Made by a program: the position numbers and the translations under genes
In this document: piece after piece, positions 8,937-19,688 of the stretch
How positions within the stretch are numbered: position 1 is the stretch's first letter
Layout: the number at the start of each line of letters is the position of its first letter
Notes under the pieces: generated by a model
Told to the model about the DNA's origin: nothing
The model's input: only the letters and a program-made list of their open reading frames with translations
Databases searched by the model: none
IMG/VR virus record: IMGVR_UViG_3300037466_003456
Coordinates: 1-64,000 of that record
Length of the DNA stretch: 64,000 nucleotides
Direction: 5' to 3' (one strand)
Source: a virus

Positions 8937-11900
8937 ATGAAGATATTACAATCGAGCGATTATCGTATTTATATAGATGATGTAAGAGTAGATCCCTATG
9001 TTAAGACTTGGACGGCAGCCTGTGGGTTGCGGGCAAGTGATGCTTCAGCGACGATTACCCTATACCGGACGAAAAAACTGGAGCAATGGAAAGGGTATCT
9101 AGCCCAAGTTCGTATTTTTACGAGAAATGTATTCTCAGGTAAATTCGGTATTGTTTTTGAAGGGGAAATCGTAAATCGAAATTGGGGAGACCAACGTTAT
9201 GACGTGGGAGAAATTGTCTTCACATGCAAAGGGTTTTACCACTGGCTAGACATTCCCATCCCCCTACTAATTGGGGAAGATGATACTTATAGCTTTGTTA
9301 AGAGGTTCCAGTTTGAAGCCCAAAACATGGATGTTGAAGGGATAAGAAAATTTTGGTTAAGCCGCGAAGATCAGTTGATGAAGGATTTAACGTTGGAACA
9401 AATCATCTCACAACTATTTGAATTGATTAATTCAGGTTATTACAACTACGATGATTCCACTTTTTCTTGGACGAAGCTTGGAGACCGATTCAAGGTAATG
9501 GGGGATATCATTACGGAGTTCCGATCAGCCGGATATTTAGATGCATTTACATGGACACGTTCCACTCAAATTGATTCATTTTATGTGTATCTGAATGAGA
9601 TTTTGACACAAATGATGTTTGAGTTTTATCAAGATAGAGATGGAGCCATTCGTATCAAGAACCCTTCGTGGAAGGACAACATCTTGAAAGCGCATATTAT
9701 CGATGAATCGGTGATTCAAAATGTTTCTGGATTTAACGACTGGTCAAACGAACCGACACGGGTACTTGTAATCGGCGGTGAGTCAGATGTTACAAAATAC
9801 TCATCTAAGCAGGTAGGGTCAGATGGGATTCTAACGATACCAATGGGCTTATATATTGGTAAGCCAGGCGAGGGAGAGTATTTTTCTCAAAACGTTGAAT
9901 TGCTGCTAAAAGCAACGGGTGACGACACGGATTATTCTGATCCTGCTCCAAGTTCTGACGGTACGGTTCAGCTTTCATGGAAAGCAGATCCAAAAAAAGC
10001 GAGTGCAGTAGGCAGAGGAGCTGGTTATGGTGGAATGATGTACTACGTGGAGGCTGCCTACAATGACGTAAAGGATCGTTTTGGGAAAACCAATTTCATG
10101 GGTGGTTATGCCAATAGAAACGTAGTAGGTGGGAGTTCAAAGTCCATGCATGCATTTGGACGAGCCTTTGATATCGGTTCGACATCAGCAATAATGAGTA
10201 AAATTGCGGAGTATGCGAAAGGATTCCCTAACGTCCAATATGTGATTTACAACAGAAGGATATGCGGTCCAGGTGGTGGGGAATGGAGAACATACAACGG
10301 GGCGAATCCTCACACTGATCATGTTCACGTCGATTTCTTGCCTGTGGATGGACCAAGCAGTAAAACGTCGACTGGTGGCGGCAAGGAAGATTCCGGAACA
10401 TCTGGTACAGGAAATCTAGCTAACTATATGAACCAAGATTTATTGAAACCAGCAAAGATTCCTTCGGCGGAAACGATTAATAAAATTATTAAACATGGTG
10501 TAGATTTACGCGGAGGAAAATCCAAGTTACTTAACCAAGGAGCGGCTTTTGTCCAAGCGGCGAATGAGTCGGGAATGAATCCGTTGTTTATGTTGGCTTT
10601 GGCAGGATGGGAATCAGGATGGGGAACAAACACCATTTCGAAGACTAAAAATAACTTTTTTAGTATTGGAGCTATTGATTCGAACCCGACCGGAGGAGCT
10701 TACAGATATGACACACCTGCAAGCGCGATTGTATCGGCTGCTAAATGGATACGTAAAAACTGGTACGACAGGGGACAAACAACGATTTGGAAGATGAATC
10801 ACAGCAAAAGCGGAACACACAATTGGGCGAGTGATAACAATTGGGTGAATGGAGTAGCTGGGGTATGGAAGGGATTTGGCAATGTTGCAAATGATGGAAC
10901 GAGTATATCAACGACATCTCCAACGTCAAGTACAACCTCGACTTCAACGAGCCCAAATGCGGCTGTAGGGGGTGTTAGCATTACCACTCGGTATGCTCCA
11001 ACTACGCCAACTGCATTGCGGCCATCACAGGTAACCCCGAAGGCCATTCCAGTTGATTATCATTCATTTAATGTGGATATCGTGAAGTACCCCATTCCAA
11101 CGGTGGCAAATACGTATAGAACCAGTATTACAGGTCGAACAAACGGCGTGAATGGAAACTTGATTTGTTTCATTATTGAAACCGCTTCGTCATGGAGGGA
11201 AAAGTATAAGTCTAATAAGCATTATGGACTGATGGGAATCCCGAAGAACTACATTGATTTAGTATTGGGAGGTAAAACTTCAAAAATGTATGTCCCTGAA
11301 GATAATATCTTCCACGGTACGAAACAATTTCAGAATGGATATGTTCGCTATAGCAACAAGGTAACATTTGGATTAGCTTCTCTTTATTTGGGAGACATAT
11401 CCTTACTTGAAGGGCCAATAAAGAGTGCGGGAGTAGAAGACTTTTCAAAGGTACGAAACTATCTGGGCGCAGATGTTGTGAAATTTGTAGATACGGTGAT
11501 TAATAACTTCTGTAAATTTTTTGGAGGAACTTATATTAAAGGGGATCCGCATTTTACCATAGCTCCAGACAAACCGGGTGGAAGCAATGCGGATGATCCG
11601 GTACCAGGAGAATATGAATCTAGCTATAAACCCATCATGAGTGATGAAGAACGGTTATACAAAGTCAATCTAAAGATATCCGAGCAATTGCTCATACGAT
11701 ACGACAGCGCAGCTATGCCAGCCAACGCTATGGGGGCAGATGAATTAGTCCAACGCTATGCTAAATACATGATGCAATTGTACCGTGCAGAGTCACATGG
11801 TGTGGCTGTTTCTTTGTCCACTTGTATGCCGTTCATCCGACCTGGCTGGAATGCGTGGTTAGAACCGACACGAAGGAATGTCGTGTTTTATGTAACGGGT

Positions 11901-12353
11901 GTGACTCACCAAGGTTCTTATGGAACCGGCGCATTCAGTACGGTCACCGGGGGATTTGTCAGAGACCCGGGAACTTATGATGACATTGAAGATAATATTT
12001 TTGTTGGACAAACCAAAGTAACGGCTGCGGACTTCGGGGAAGTGATTAAAAAGAGTGAAATGAATGATTTAAAGAAACAACTGAGTGCCCTCCATAATCA
12101 ATCCGACGAGGTAATAGGAGATGCGAGAAAAATCCCTACACTTAGTAAAATGTACAGTTCGGCAGTCGGCAGTGTAACAGACTTTACTACCATGTGGAAT
12201 AACGAATTTACGTCGAGCGAGATTGATACGAAGATCAAAACTTTGTATAAATCAGCTCCAAATGTAGTAAAGACCAGAAGTAGTACTTTCAAAAGCATCA
12301 TCGACGATGCCGCTGCTTTTTACAAAAAAGTGTTGTTAAGCACTACGTACTAG
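8937..12353 (+). CDS. Baseplate hub / tail-associated lysin with several cell-wall hydrolase inserts
   Basis: Hub-like N- and C-termini; HAFGRAFD...HTDHVH (M15-like metallopeptidase); ALAGWESGWG...NNFFSIGA (GH73-like); GLMG...PEDNIFHG (SLT-like). ATG 8937 follows GAGGTG; the track start is 8922. Confidence 0.75.
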   Translation: MKILQSSDYRIYIDDVRVDPYVKTWTAACGLRASDASATITLYRTKKLEQWKGYLAQVRIFTRNVFSGKFGIVFEGEIVNRNWGDQRYDVGEIVFTCKGFYHWLDIPIPLLIGEDDTYSFVKRFQFEAQNMDVEGIRKFWLSREDQLMKDLTLEQIISQLFELINSGYYNYDDSTFSWTKLGDRFKVMGDIITEFRSAGYLDAFTWTRSTQIDSFYVYLNEILTQMMFEFYQDRDGAIRIKNPSWKDNILKAHIIDESVIQNVSGFNDWSNEPTRVLVIGGESDVTKYSSKQVGSDGILTIPMGLYIGKPGEGEYFSQNVELLLKATGDDTDYSDPAPSSDGTVQLSWKADPKKASAVGRGAGYGGMMYYVEAAYNDVKDRFGKTNFMGGYANRNVVGGSSKSMHAFGRAFDIGSTSAIMSKIAEYAKGFPNVQYVIYNRRICGPGGGEWRTYNGANPHTDHVHVDFLPVDGPSSKTSTGGGKEDSGTSGTGNLANYMNQDLLKPAKIPSAETINKIIKHGVDLRGGKSKLLNQGAAFVQAANESGMNPLFMLALAGWESGWGTNTISKTKNNFFSIGAIDSNPTGGAYRYDTPASAIVSAAKWIRKNWYDRGQTTIWKMNHSKSGTHNWASDNNWVNGVAGVWKGFGNVANDGTSISTTSPTSSTTSTSTSPNAAVGGVSITTRYAPTTPTALRPSQVTPKAIPVDYHSFNVDIVKYPIPTVANTYRTSITGRTNGVNGNLICFIIETASSWREKYKSNKHYGLMGIPKNYIDLVLGGKTSKMYVPEDNIFHGTKQFQNGYVRYSNKVTFGLASLYLGDISLLEGPIKSAGVEDFSKVRNYLGADVVKFVDTVINNFCKFFGGTYIKGDPHFTIAPDKPGGSNADDPVPGEYESSYKPIMSDEERLYKVNLKISEQLLIRYDSAAMPANAMGADELVQRYAKYMMQLYRAESHGVAVSLSTCMPFIRPGWNAWLEPTRRNVVFYVTGVTHQGSYGTGAFSTVTGGFVRDPGTYDDIEDNIFVGQTKVTAADFGEVIKKSEMNDLKKQLSALHNQSDEVIGDARKIPTLSKMYSSAVGSVTDFTTMWNNEFTSSEIDTKIKTLYKSAPNVVKTRSSTFKSIIDDAAAFYKKVLLSTTY

Positions 12354-12369
12354 AAAGGTTTGATGTCGC

Positions 12370-13431
12370 ATGAAAAATTCCTATTATTCTTCAACTATCC
12401 AACAATTCCATGCGGGTAAAGATTCGGTCATGGAGATGGCGAAAATCTTAGATTTCAATTCTGAGCGATTGGTCGCACGCGTGTATACGTTGAATTCGAA
12501 GCAATACAAAGATGATGTCCCGGTCTTTTTCCCGAGTATGTATATGAATACGGGCATCATCACACCGCCGGTTATCAACTCGACTTCCCTTTTATTCTGG
12601 GGGCCCGACCGACAGCCTTTTTTGTTGCCCATTCAATTGACTGTACCTAATTCCTATGTGGAAGAAGGAATAACAAGGCTTTCGGCGTCTCCTAGTTTTA
12701 TCGATAAACTATTAAGTTTGAAAAATGTACAAGGTGGAGAAGTACTGTTTCGGTCATTGGGAAATTCTTATTTATTTTTAAAAAACTTAGGGGATGTGGA
12801 GTTTGGTACTTCTAGGCTCCACCGCATCAACCTTACATCAGCGGATGGGGCGTTCCATTCAACAACTGATAGAATACGTGCGGAAATCCCTAACAGCAGT
12901 TTCTATTTTGGTCCAGCATCCACCGATAGTTACGAAGACCTTCGTACTCATTTTCATTTAGAAATTGGAGAGACATCCAACAATTCTAGTGAACTATCAG
13001 AAACAGATAATGAAAAATTATTGGATCAACTCATGAATGACCAGTTGGATAACATAGAACTCGGTGAGCCTTCGCCGAAAATTGTGGATATACAGATGGG
13101 GCATGTGTTTGACGAGACGGGTAGTACGGTACAGGATGAGGTGGACGGAACTGAATTATTTTCTAAGCAAACAATGAAAAAGGATTCCGTGGAAACCATT
13201 GAACAACTGTCCAAGGGTGGCAGGAAATTGTTCAAAACAACAGATGGAACGAGAACCACTACTGTAGACCTGTCTCCAAATGAAGCATCTCTTAGTGTGG
13301 AACGAATTGTTAATGGGACGACACATTCCTCTAAAGTTGGAATTGATAAGGATGGAAATATTGTTTGCAGTAAAGATGGAGTCACGTATGATCTCTGGCA
13401 AGTCTTAAATTGGTTTTATGAGGAAAGGTAG
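12370..13431 (+). CDS. Probable baseplate spike (gp5/gpV-like)
   Basis: OB-fold-like N-terminus (MAKILDF...VARVYTL...VPVFFP) and beta-rich C-terminus; follows the hub. Confidence 0.55.
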   Translation: MKNSYYSSTIQQFHAGKDSVMEMAKILDFNSERLVARVYTLNSKQYKDDVPVFFPSMYMNTGIITPPVINSTSLLFWGPDRQPFLLPIQLTVPNSYVEEGITRLSASPSFIDKLLSLKNVQGGEVLFRSLGNSYLFLKNLGDVEFGTSRLHRINLTSADGAFHSTTDRIRAEIPNSSFYFGPASTDSYEDLRTHFHLEIGETSNNSSELSETDNEKLLDQLMNDQLDNIELGEPSPKIVDIQMGHVFDETGSTVQDEVDGTELFSKQTMKKDSVETIEQLSKGGRKLFKTTDGTRTTTVDLSPNEASLSVERIVNGTTHSSKVGIDKDGNIVCSKDGVTYDLWQVLNWFYEER

Positions 13432-13437
13432 GTGTGA

Positions 13438-13989
13438 ATGTTGGTTATCGATTTAAATCTATTTACACAGACCATTGCGGTGTTGAAAGAGAATAGTATT
13501 GACGATATCAAAGCTTCACTCGTATCCCTTGATATGCAGGAGCAAATAGCTCAGGATAAATACGATCAAGCGCTAAAGGAATTGAGAAGGCTGCTGATTC
13601 TGTTTAAAAAATACGAAAGCCAAATCAATACTCAGAAACAGATTGTCACGGACGAAAAAATACAACCATTGGTTCCGCTCATCAAACAACAGCAAGAAGC
13701 TGCGGTTTTTACCAGTGTTAGAACGGCAACTGTCACGGAAGTAATAAACGCAAAAAAAGAATTAGACAGCATGGATGCTTCTGTAGAGGAAATGAAATTA
13801 CGATTATTTTTCCAAGCAAGAGAAGCGAAACTCGCTTCCAATAACTTAGCAAAGATAGAATCTCAATGTTTCATCTTGGAAACTGCGATCGACATTGTGG
13901 AGCGATTTAATATAAACGGGTTTAGTATGCAAGAAATATCAGACTATGAAATTCCAAAATACTTTGAACTGTATCGAAAAGGCGGGTGA
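13438..13989 (+). CDS. Hypothetical coiled-coil protein
   Basis: 183 aa, heptad-rich, in the baseplate operon. Confidence 0.6.
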   Translation: MLVIDLNLFTQTIAVLKENSIDDIKASLVSLDMQEQIAQDKYDQALKELRRLLILFKKYESQINTQKQIVTDEKIQPLVPLIKQQQEAAVFTSVRTATVTEVINAKKELDSMDASVEEMKLRLFFQAREAKLASNNLAKIESQCFILETAIDIVERFNINGFSMQEISDYEIPKYFELYRKGG

Positions 13990-14870
13990 TGGGAATGGAT
14001 AACTTTTCTTATTTTCATTTATGTGACCATCAAATCAAAAAGGCTCAAAACAAAGGCGAGGTTGGTACCTTCTCTATTGAAAGCAATGATGAACAAATCC
14101 AGATTCTGACTAATGGGGCAGCCATCATAAAGATTCAGGAAGTCCGTGTACTTGCATACGACGAGGTAGTGGAGATTGTGGAGGCTTACTATGACAATCT
14201 TGAGAGCGAGCAAACATACGACGACAAGGACCCCGGAGAAGTCTATTATGACGACAAAAAGCAGTTCCTTGTAGATTTTTCTAAGTATTTTCAAGAAGGG
14301 AAAACAATATCCGACCCATTGCCAGATACCTTTTACGCTCCTATTTTGCATAATCGAATCCAGTGGAATGTAAAGCCACCCAAGAAGTATCAAGTGACCG
14401 CAGAAGTAAGATTTTCGAATGCTGGATACCAAATATATCGGGCGGCAGATTGCCCGGTTTGCGGCGGCTTGGGATGGTTTGTTGATATACTAAATAAAAA
14501 TGGGCAATTCCAACAGCCTACCGGTATTGCGAAAGTGGCGCAACGAGTGGTAAAGGATTTTCTTACGGAGCTGGGAACGTCAGTTTTTGATGATGCGTAT
14601 GGAACGACCATCAAGAGAGATGCCATGGATTATGTGGCTGATGATGAATCGTTGTTTAATCAGATTAGAATTTCCGTTTCTAATGTTGAAGATGGTTACC
14701 TCGATGACCAACAAAATGTTATTAGGGACCTAAGTTCAGATGAGATTTTACAATCCTTAATGGTGGAAGATGTTTACCGTTCCACTCAGAACCCCACTTT
14801 GGTGATTGTTCGTTTAAAGATTGAGACGGTAGACGAATCAAAGACTTTCCAGTTGGGATTTGGTTTATAA
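13986..14870 (+). CDS. Baseplate wedge protein with C-terminal gp25-like domain and a Cys motif
   Basis: CDH...CPVCGGLG, then KVAQRVVKDFLTELGTSVFDDAYGT, which is gp25-like; precedes baseplate J. Confidence 0.55.
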   Translation: MMGMDNFSYFHLCDHQIKKAQNKGEVGTFSIESNDEQIQILTNGAAIIKIQEVRVLAYDEVVEIVEAYYDNLESEQTYDDKDPGEVYYDDKKQFLVDFSKYFQEGKTISDPLPDTFYAPILHNRIQWNVKPPKKYQVTAEVRFSNAGYQIYRAADCPVCGGLGWFVDILNKNGQFQQPTGIAKVAQRVVKDFLTELGTSVFDDAYGTTIKRDAMDYVADDESLFNQIRISVSNVEDGYLDDQQNVIRDLSSDEILQSLMVEDVYRSTQNPTLVIVRLKIETVDESKTFQLGFGL

Positions 14871-14885
14871 AAAGGAGGTAATGAT

Positions 14886-16916
14886 ATGGCGATCAATGAT
14901 TTGTCAGTGAAAGAACAAGTGGTTCTTAACTATATGGAAGAACTACTGCGGGTTCAGTTCCCAAATCTTGACCTTAGTGAACATGGTGCATTTATGGAGA
15001 CCTTTGGGTTACCTCATATAAAGTTGCTAACACCTTTAATGGACGCGGCGGACAGAATCAAATTAACTCAAAGCCTTGATAATGCAGAAGATATGACTGA
15101 GGAAGAAATGGATCGATTGGCGGCAGGATATTTTTTCTACCGGCAAGCAGGAGAATATGCCACAGGCTATGTCACGATGACATTTGATGACATTCCCGCA
15201 AATGGAACCATTCAAATACCTGCTGGCACAGAGGTTCAGAGCAAGCAAGGCCTATACTTTAAAAGTATTAGTACCGTTGTTCTCAATATTAATGACTTAT
15301 CAAGTTATTACAATCCTGATGAGTTCATTTACCAGATCCCTGTTCTGTTTGAATCCGAAAATCCAGGAGCAGATTACAACGTGGAATCAGGGGAGATTAC
15401 AACTGTTATCACGCCTTTAAATCATCTTACAGGTGTTTCCAATGACGCCGCCTTTAAAGGGGGGAAAGCTAAGGAGACCAACACAGAACTGGCTGACCGT
15501 ATCCAGGAAACAGCCGGAACACCAAATTTAGGCGTAGAAAGAGGATGGGTGGCTTTTGCTAAACAGTTTCCAGAAGTGTTGGATGTCATTGTGGCAGGAT
15601 TCGGGCACCCACTTATGAAGAGAGATGTTATTGGCACTCTCCCGGCAGATAGAATCATTTCAACTCTTTCCCCCGACGTGCATTGGGGAGGTAAAGTCGA
15701 CTTGCATCTCAGAGGGAAGAAACTGACGGAAGTAACTGAAACCTTAACGATTGAGAAGAATGCAAGCGAGGAGCTTTTTGTTCCGTTATCTAACCATCCA
15801 ACTCACGACATTTTGGAGATAACATTTACCTCATCCAGATACACGGATCCCAAACTAGATCCATCTTTCTTTCAGGTAAAGGACTTTCTCTTAATGAAGG
15901 ACGAAGATACGGAAACGATGGGGACGGTCAATGAATCATCCTGGGCGATTATTATTGATGACCGCCTCCTGGTAAACGATACCGTAACGGTCCGATACCG
16001 TTACAATCAGTTGTTTGAAGATATTAACGCCGCCTTATACACAGAGGATAATCGTCCTCCAGCAAGTGACGTACTGCTAAAAGAAGCCATTAAAAAAACC
16101 GTGCAGGGTGCAGCTATTCTTAAATTGGAGTCCTATACAGGTATTCAAGAAAAAGACAAGAGTGTGATAAGGCAGCGTCTATACAATTGGATTGATGAAT
16201 TGAAGATGGGTTCGGAACTGCAAACCTCCGATTTTACGGAACCTATCTATGATTTTGGCAGTGATAGCATCGATTCGAAAGTCGATTACATCAGTTTGCC
16301 TACTCAATTCATGGTAACAGATTACGATAATAAATATCTTTATTATTGCATGAATCAAGAAAAAAGAGATTTCCTTGATGAAATCATGGCAAATTCCACT
16401 TACTTTACCGAATGGATTCCTTATTTCAGGGATAACGTCACGGTGTATGACTTTTTTGATGTCATGCATTTGTTAACTGTTCAAAATGTAGAAAAGGATG
16501 CATGGAAAACTTTGTCATATAAGGATCACGAATGGGGTAAAAAAGTGTACTTCTTCGGCTTAGCCAAAACCATGTTGGCCTATGTCAATTCCATTCAGCG
16601 GATGTCCCCTTCTAAATGGGTGGCTAAAGAAAATGCGTATTATGAACTTGGCAACTTAAGCATCTACGAGGATGTCACTTATACCGATACGGAACTGCAA
16701 AACCTAATTGAACTGTTTGAGTCCATCTCCAATCCGAATGTGGACAACGATGATGATTATGTGACGGATAATATCCTCCACTTAACAATTTATTGCTGCA
16801 CCATACTATATGTCATCACGACTGATAACGTAGGCGGATTAACGACTAAAGACTTCTTTAGTTGGTTATCCGAACTTTCTAAAGGTACGCCAATAGATTA
16901 CGAGGTTCAGAATTAA
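14886..16916 (+). CDS. Baseplate J-like wedge protein
   Basis: IPAGTEV...GADYNVESGEI...FKGGKAKETNTELADRI motifs typical of baseplate J. Confidence 0.8.
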   Translation: MAINDLSVKEQVVLNYMEELLRVQFPNLDLSEHGAFMETFGLPHIKLLTPLMDAADRIKLTQSLDNAEDMTEEEMDRLAAGYFFYRQAGEYATGYVTMTFDDIPANGTIQIPAGTEVQSKQGLYFKSISTVVLNINDLSSYYNPDEFIYQIPVLFESENPGADYNVESGEITTVITPLNHLTGVSNDAAFKGGKAKETNTELADRIQETAGTPNLGVERGWVAFAKQFPEVLDVIVAGFGHPLMKRDVIGTLPADRIISTLSPDVHWGGKVDLHLRGKKLTEVTETLTIEKNASEELFVPLSNHPTHDILEITFTSSRYTDPKLDPSFFQVKDFLLMKDEDTETMGTVNESSWAIIIDDRLLVNDTVTVRYRYNQLFEDINAALYTEDNRPPASDVLLKEAIKKTVQGAAILKLESYTGIQEKDKSVIRQRLYNWIDELKMGSELQTSDFTEPIYDFGSDSIDSKVDYISLPTQFMVTDYDNKYLYYCMNQEKRDFLDEIMANSTYFTEWIPYFRDNVTVYDFFDVMHLLTVQNVEKDAWKTLSYKDHEWGKKVYFFGLAKTMLAYVNSIQRMSPSKWVAKENAYYELGNLSIYEDVTYTDTELQNLIELFESISNPNVDNDDDYVTDNILHLTIYCCTILYVITTDNVGGLTTKDFFSWLSELSKGTPIDYEVQN

Positions 16917-16931
16917 AAAGGAGGTGCACAG

Positions 16932-18518
16932 ATGTTAAGCAAGGAACAATCTGAGAACCTATTATATAGTCTTCCCAGTTTTTATCGCGATTTTCTTCCG
17001 GTGGATAATTCTCTCTTAAAACTTTATGACGTGTATGCCAAAACCATTGACTATGCGTGGAATGTTTACCGGGAAACAGAGGATGGTCAATTTATATCAA
17101 CGACAAGAACCGTCAGCACTATCCCCTATTTTAAGGTCGATATAGAAGATGCTTTTTATAGTGTTCAGACAGCTGAGATCCTTTCTGGGATGAACTTCGA
17201 AGATCAAGTGGCATACATGGATAAAAATAATCTCTATGCTTCTTTCAGTTTTTCTCAAAAGAATCAAACGGATGACCCTATCGTATACAGTATGAGGTTG
17301 ATGATTAGTTTCACTGATACGGTACCGCTAAAAATGTTTACCGATTATTTCATTCGTAACAATCGCTTGTATTTATTGCCGAGCTTTGTTCAATCCAACA
17401 AACAAGTCCTTCGTTATCTGCATGCGTTTGATATGAAAATAAACGACTATACATTGGAAAAGAATTTCGGCAGTCGGTTTCAATTAAAACCGGGTTCTCT
17501 CTTAACCCGCTTTGAATACCGCGATGTATTGGAAGCCTATATTCGAGCCTTCCAAGGAAATCTAACCATTCGAGCGTTAAAAGAGAGTATCCGACTGGCG
17601 ACCAAATGGGATACCTTTTCGATTGAAGATATGAAAAGCCCATCAATTTCAGAGGCTAAATTGCAGTTATATAAAGACTGGACAATATCACCGTTGAAAT
17701 TTTTGGTGACTTTGCCTGAAGAGTTGATTCCAGAAAAAGCAAAAACCAATATCGTGCGGACATTATTGAATGAGATCAAGGAATCCCAGACGGATTATAT
17801 GTTGTTTTATGATGTTCTTCGTTTGGATGAAATGCCGATTATGATGAAGAAAAAGCCGATTTATCATGTGAATCGAACGGACCCCATTAGGAATAAGGAA
17901 ACATCAAAAGTCAGTAAGTTGACCTTAAAAGTTCACGACAATCCATTCGACTTATTCGGTACGTATGATACGACCTTTTTTTATAACCAAACCTTGGATT
18001 ATGATGCGGAACCGAAGCCTGAGATTGTGGGTATCCAACAACATAGTGCGAACTGGGATGAAACACAAGGCGATGACCAAGTAGCAGTTAAATTCTATTC
18101 TTTAATGATTCCTAGGAACTTTCATGCCAACAAAGACTTATCGGCTGAAACGATTACGTTCTCCGTTAATTCAAACCAAGATACAACAACCTCCTTCGAA
18201 TTATATGGTGCATTAAGAATCGATGGAACGTATAGATTGATAGAATCTGTTGCGAATAATAAACAACAAGGAACAATTTCCTTCCTACATAATGCAATAG
18301 GAAGCGGAAACTTGTATTATAAAAGTAGGTCGAAAGACCTATCGAAAGTGTCACTTTTCACTTTGCCTATCTACATTGGCGATCAATCGATGATCCCTAT
18401 GTTTGATGAGGACGACATCATTCACGAGGATTACTTGTTGGAAGAGGCGTATGTTGTAGACACTAGTTTAGGAATGCAATCGTTAATCGCTTATTTACTT
18501 GATATAACAGCTTATTAA
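16932..18518 (+). CDS. Probable baseplate wedge protein
   Basis: 528 aa following baseplate J; LLYSLPSFY N-terminus; call is by synteny. Confidence 0.5.
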   Translation: MLSKEQSENLLYSLPSFYRDFLPVDNSLLKLYDVYAKTIDYAWNVYRETEDGQFISTTRTVSTIPYFKVDIEDAFYSVQTAEILSGMNFEDQVAYMDKNNLYASFSFSQKNQTDDPIVYSMRLMISFTDTVPLKMFTDYFIRNNRLYLLPSFVQSNKQVLRYLHAFDMKINDYTLEKNFGSRFQLKPGSLLTRFEYRDVLEAYIRAFQGNLTIRALKESIRLATKWDTFSIEDMKSPSISEAKLQLYKDWTISPLKFLVTLPEELIPEKAKTNIVRTLLNEIKESQTDYMLFYDVLRLDEMPIMMKKKPIYHVNRTDPIRNKETSKVSKLTLKVHDNPFDLFGTYDTTFFYNQTLDYDAEPKPEIVGIQQHSANWDETQGDDQVAVKFYSLMIPRNFHANKDLSAETITFSVNSNQDTTTSFELYGALRIDGTYRLIESVANNKQQGTISFLHNAIGSGNLYYKSRSKDLSKVSLFTLPIYIGDQSMIPMFDEDDIIHEDYLLEEAYVVDTSLGMQSLIAYLLDITAY

Positions 18519-18536
18519 ACGTAGGGAGGGACAAAC

Positions 18537-19091
18537 ATGGCTCAATTTCCATTGACGGACTTACTCACAGGGATCAGAAGACTGTTTGTAGGTGTACAAG
18601 GGAAGGCAACAGACGGTTCATATAAAGATATAAATGTCACCGATAATGGGGAAGTCAAAACCGTATTGAGTGCAAGTAACCAAGTAATTGGGCGGACCGT
18701 TTTGTCAGATGGAACCAATTCTGTTTCTTTGACTTCTAACGGAAGTGTAAAGACATTACCTGTAAATGGTTCTGGGACTGAAATATTCAGTACCACGAAT
18801 CCGGCGAAAGTCTTTGTAACGGGGGCCACGACCTTTAAAGGAGCAAAACAATCAGTCTCCACGGCCGGAACTAAAGTGCAACTTCCGAGCTATGCCTGTA
18901 CGAAGGTGACGATTGTGGCACTAAAAGACAACACTGGTTCCATCTTTATCGGTGGTTCTGATGTAACACAAAGTGTATTCGGAGCTGAACTGGAAGCGAA
19001 AGATGCCGTCACCATTGAAGTATCAAATACGAATTTAATCTACCTGACATCCAGTGTATCTGGTGAAGGAATTTCTTATTTCGCCGTTTAA
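18537..19091 (+). CDS. Hypothetical virion-associated protein
   Basis: 184 aa, beta-rich, strong RBS GGGAGGG. Confidence 0.55.
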   Translation: MAQFPLTDLLTGIRRLFVGVQGKATDGSYKDINVTDNGEVKTVLSASNQVIGRTVLSDGTNSVSLTSNGSVKTLPVNGSGTEIFSTTNPAKVFVTGATTFKGAKQSVSTAGTKVQLPSYACTKVTIVALKDNTGSIFIGGSDVTQSVFGAELEAKDAVTIEVSNTNLIYLTSSVSGEGISYFAV

Positions 19092-19113
19092 TCCAAGGAG
19101 AGGGGAAAAGCAC

Positions 19114-19665
19114 ATGCAAAAACAGGAATACATGGATGGTTTTTCTGGTATCGGGACGGTCACCGTTCGACCATTTAAGATTGAAAAAGATGGCACACGC
19201 ACTTATTTTTCTGTAACAAAAAACAATTTGATTGTTGAAGCAGGGAGAGCGGCTTTGCTTGATTTGCTGGTAGGAGCAAAAAAGAAAAAGCTCAAATACA
19301 TTCGCTGGGGAAAAGGGGGAGCAAAGGCATTTCCTGACGGTGATCCACTCAGTCCGATACCAGTTGATGACAAGGATACAGATGTTGTCACCAAATTACT
19401 AGACAAACCATTAAGTGCTTACACTCGTGTAACACCTACCCAAATTGATTATACGGAGACTCTGATTTGTGATGAAGTTGATTCTGATGTCAACGAAGCT
19501 GCTATGTTGTTTGAGGAAGAAACTACTTTGGAGAGATCCATTTTCGCTCGTATCACTTTCCCGACCGTCAGATTGCAAATCGTTCAAGGTACAGGAATTG
19601 AAATTAAATGGACCTTCAATTTTACAAAAGCGGATGAGGTTCCAGCTTCAGTCACCACTATTTAA
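19114..19665 (+). CDS. Probable baseplate/tail-fibre attachment protein
   Basis: NLIVEAGRAALLDLL...IRWGKG...SIFARITFP pattern; ATG 19114 follows GGAGAGGGG. Confidence 0.55.
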   Translation: MQKQEYMDGFSGIGTVTVRPFKIEKDGTRTYFSVTKNNLIVEAGRAALLDLLVGAKKKKLKYIRWGKGGAKAFPDGDPLSPIPVDDKDTDVVTKLLDKPLSAYTRVTPTQIDYTETLICDEVDSDVNEAAMLFEEETTLERSIFARITFPTVRLQIVQGTGIEIKWTFNFTKADEVPASVTTI

Positions 19666-19688
19666 TTGTAAGGAGAGGTGAAAAATAG

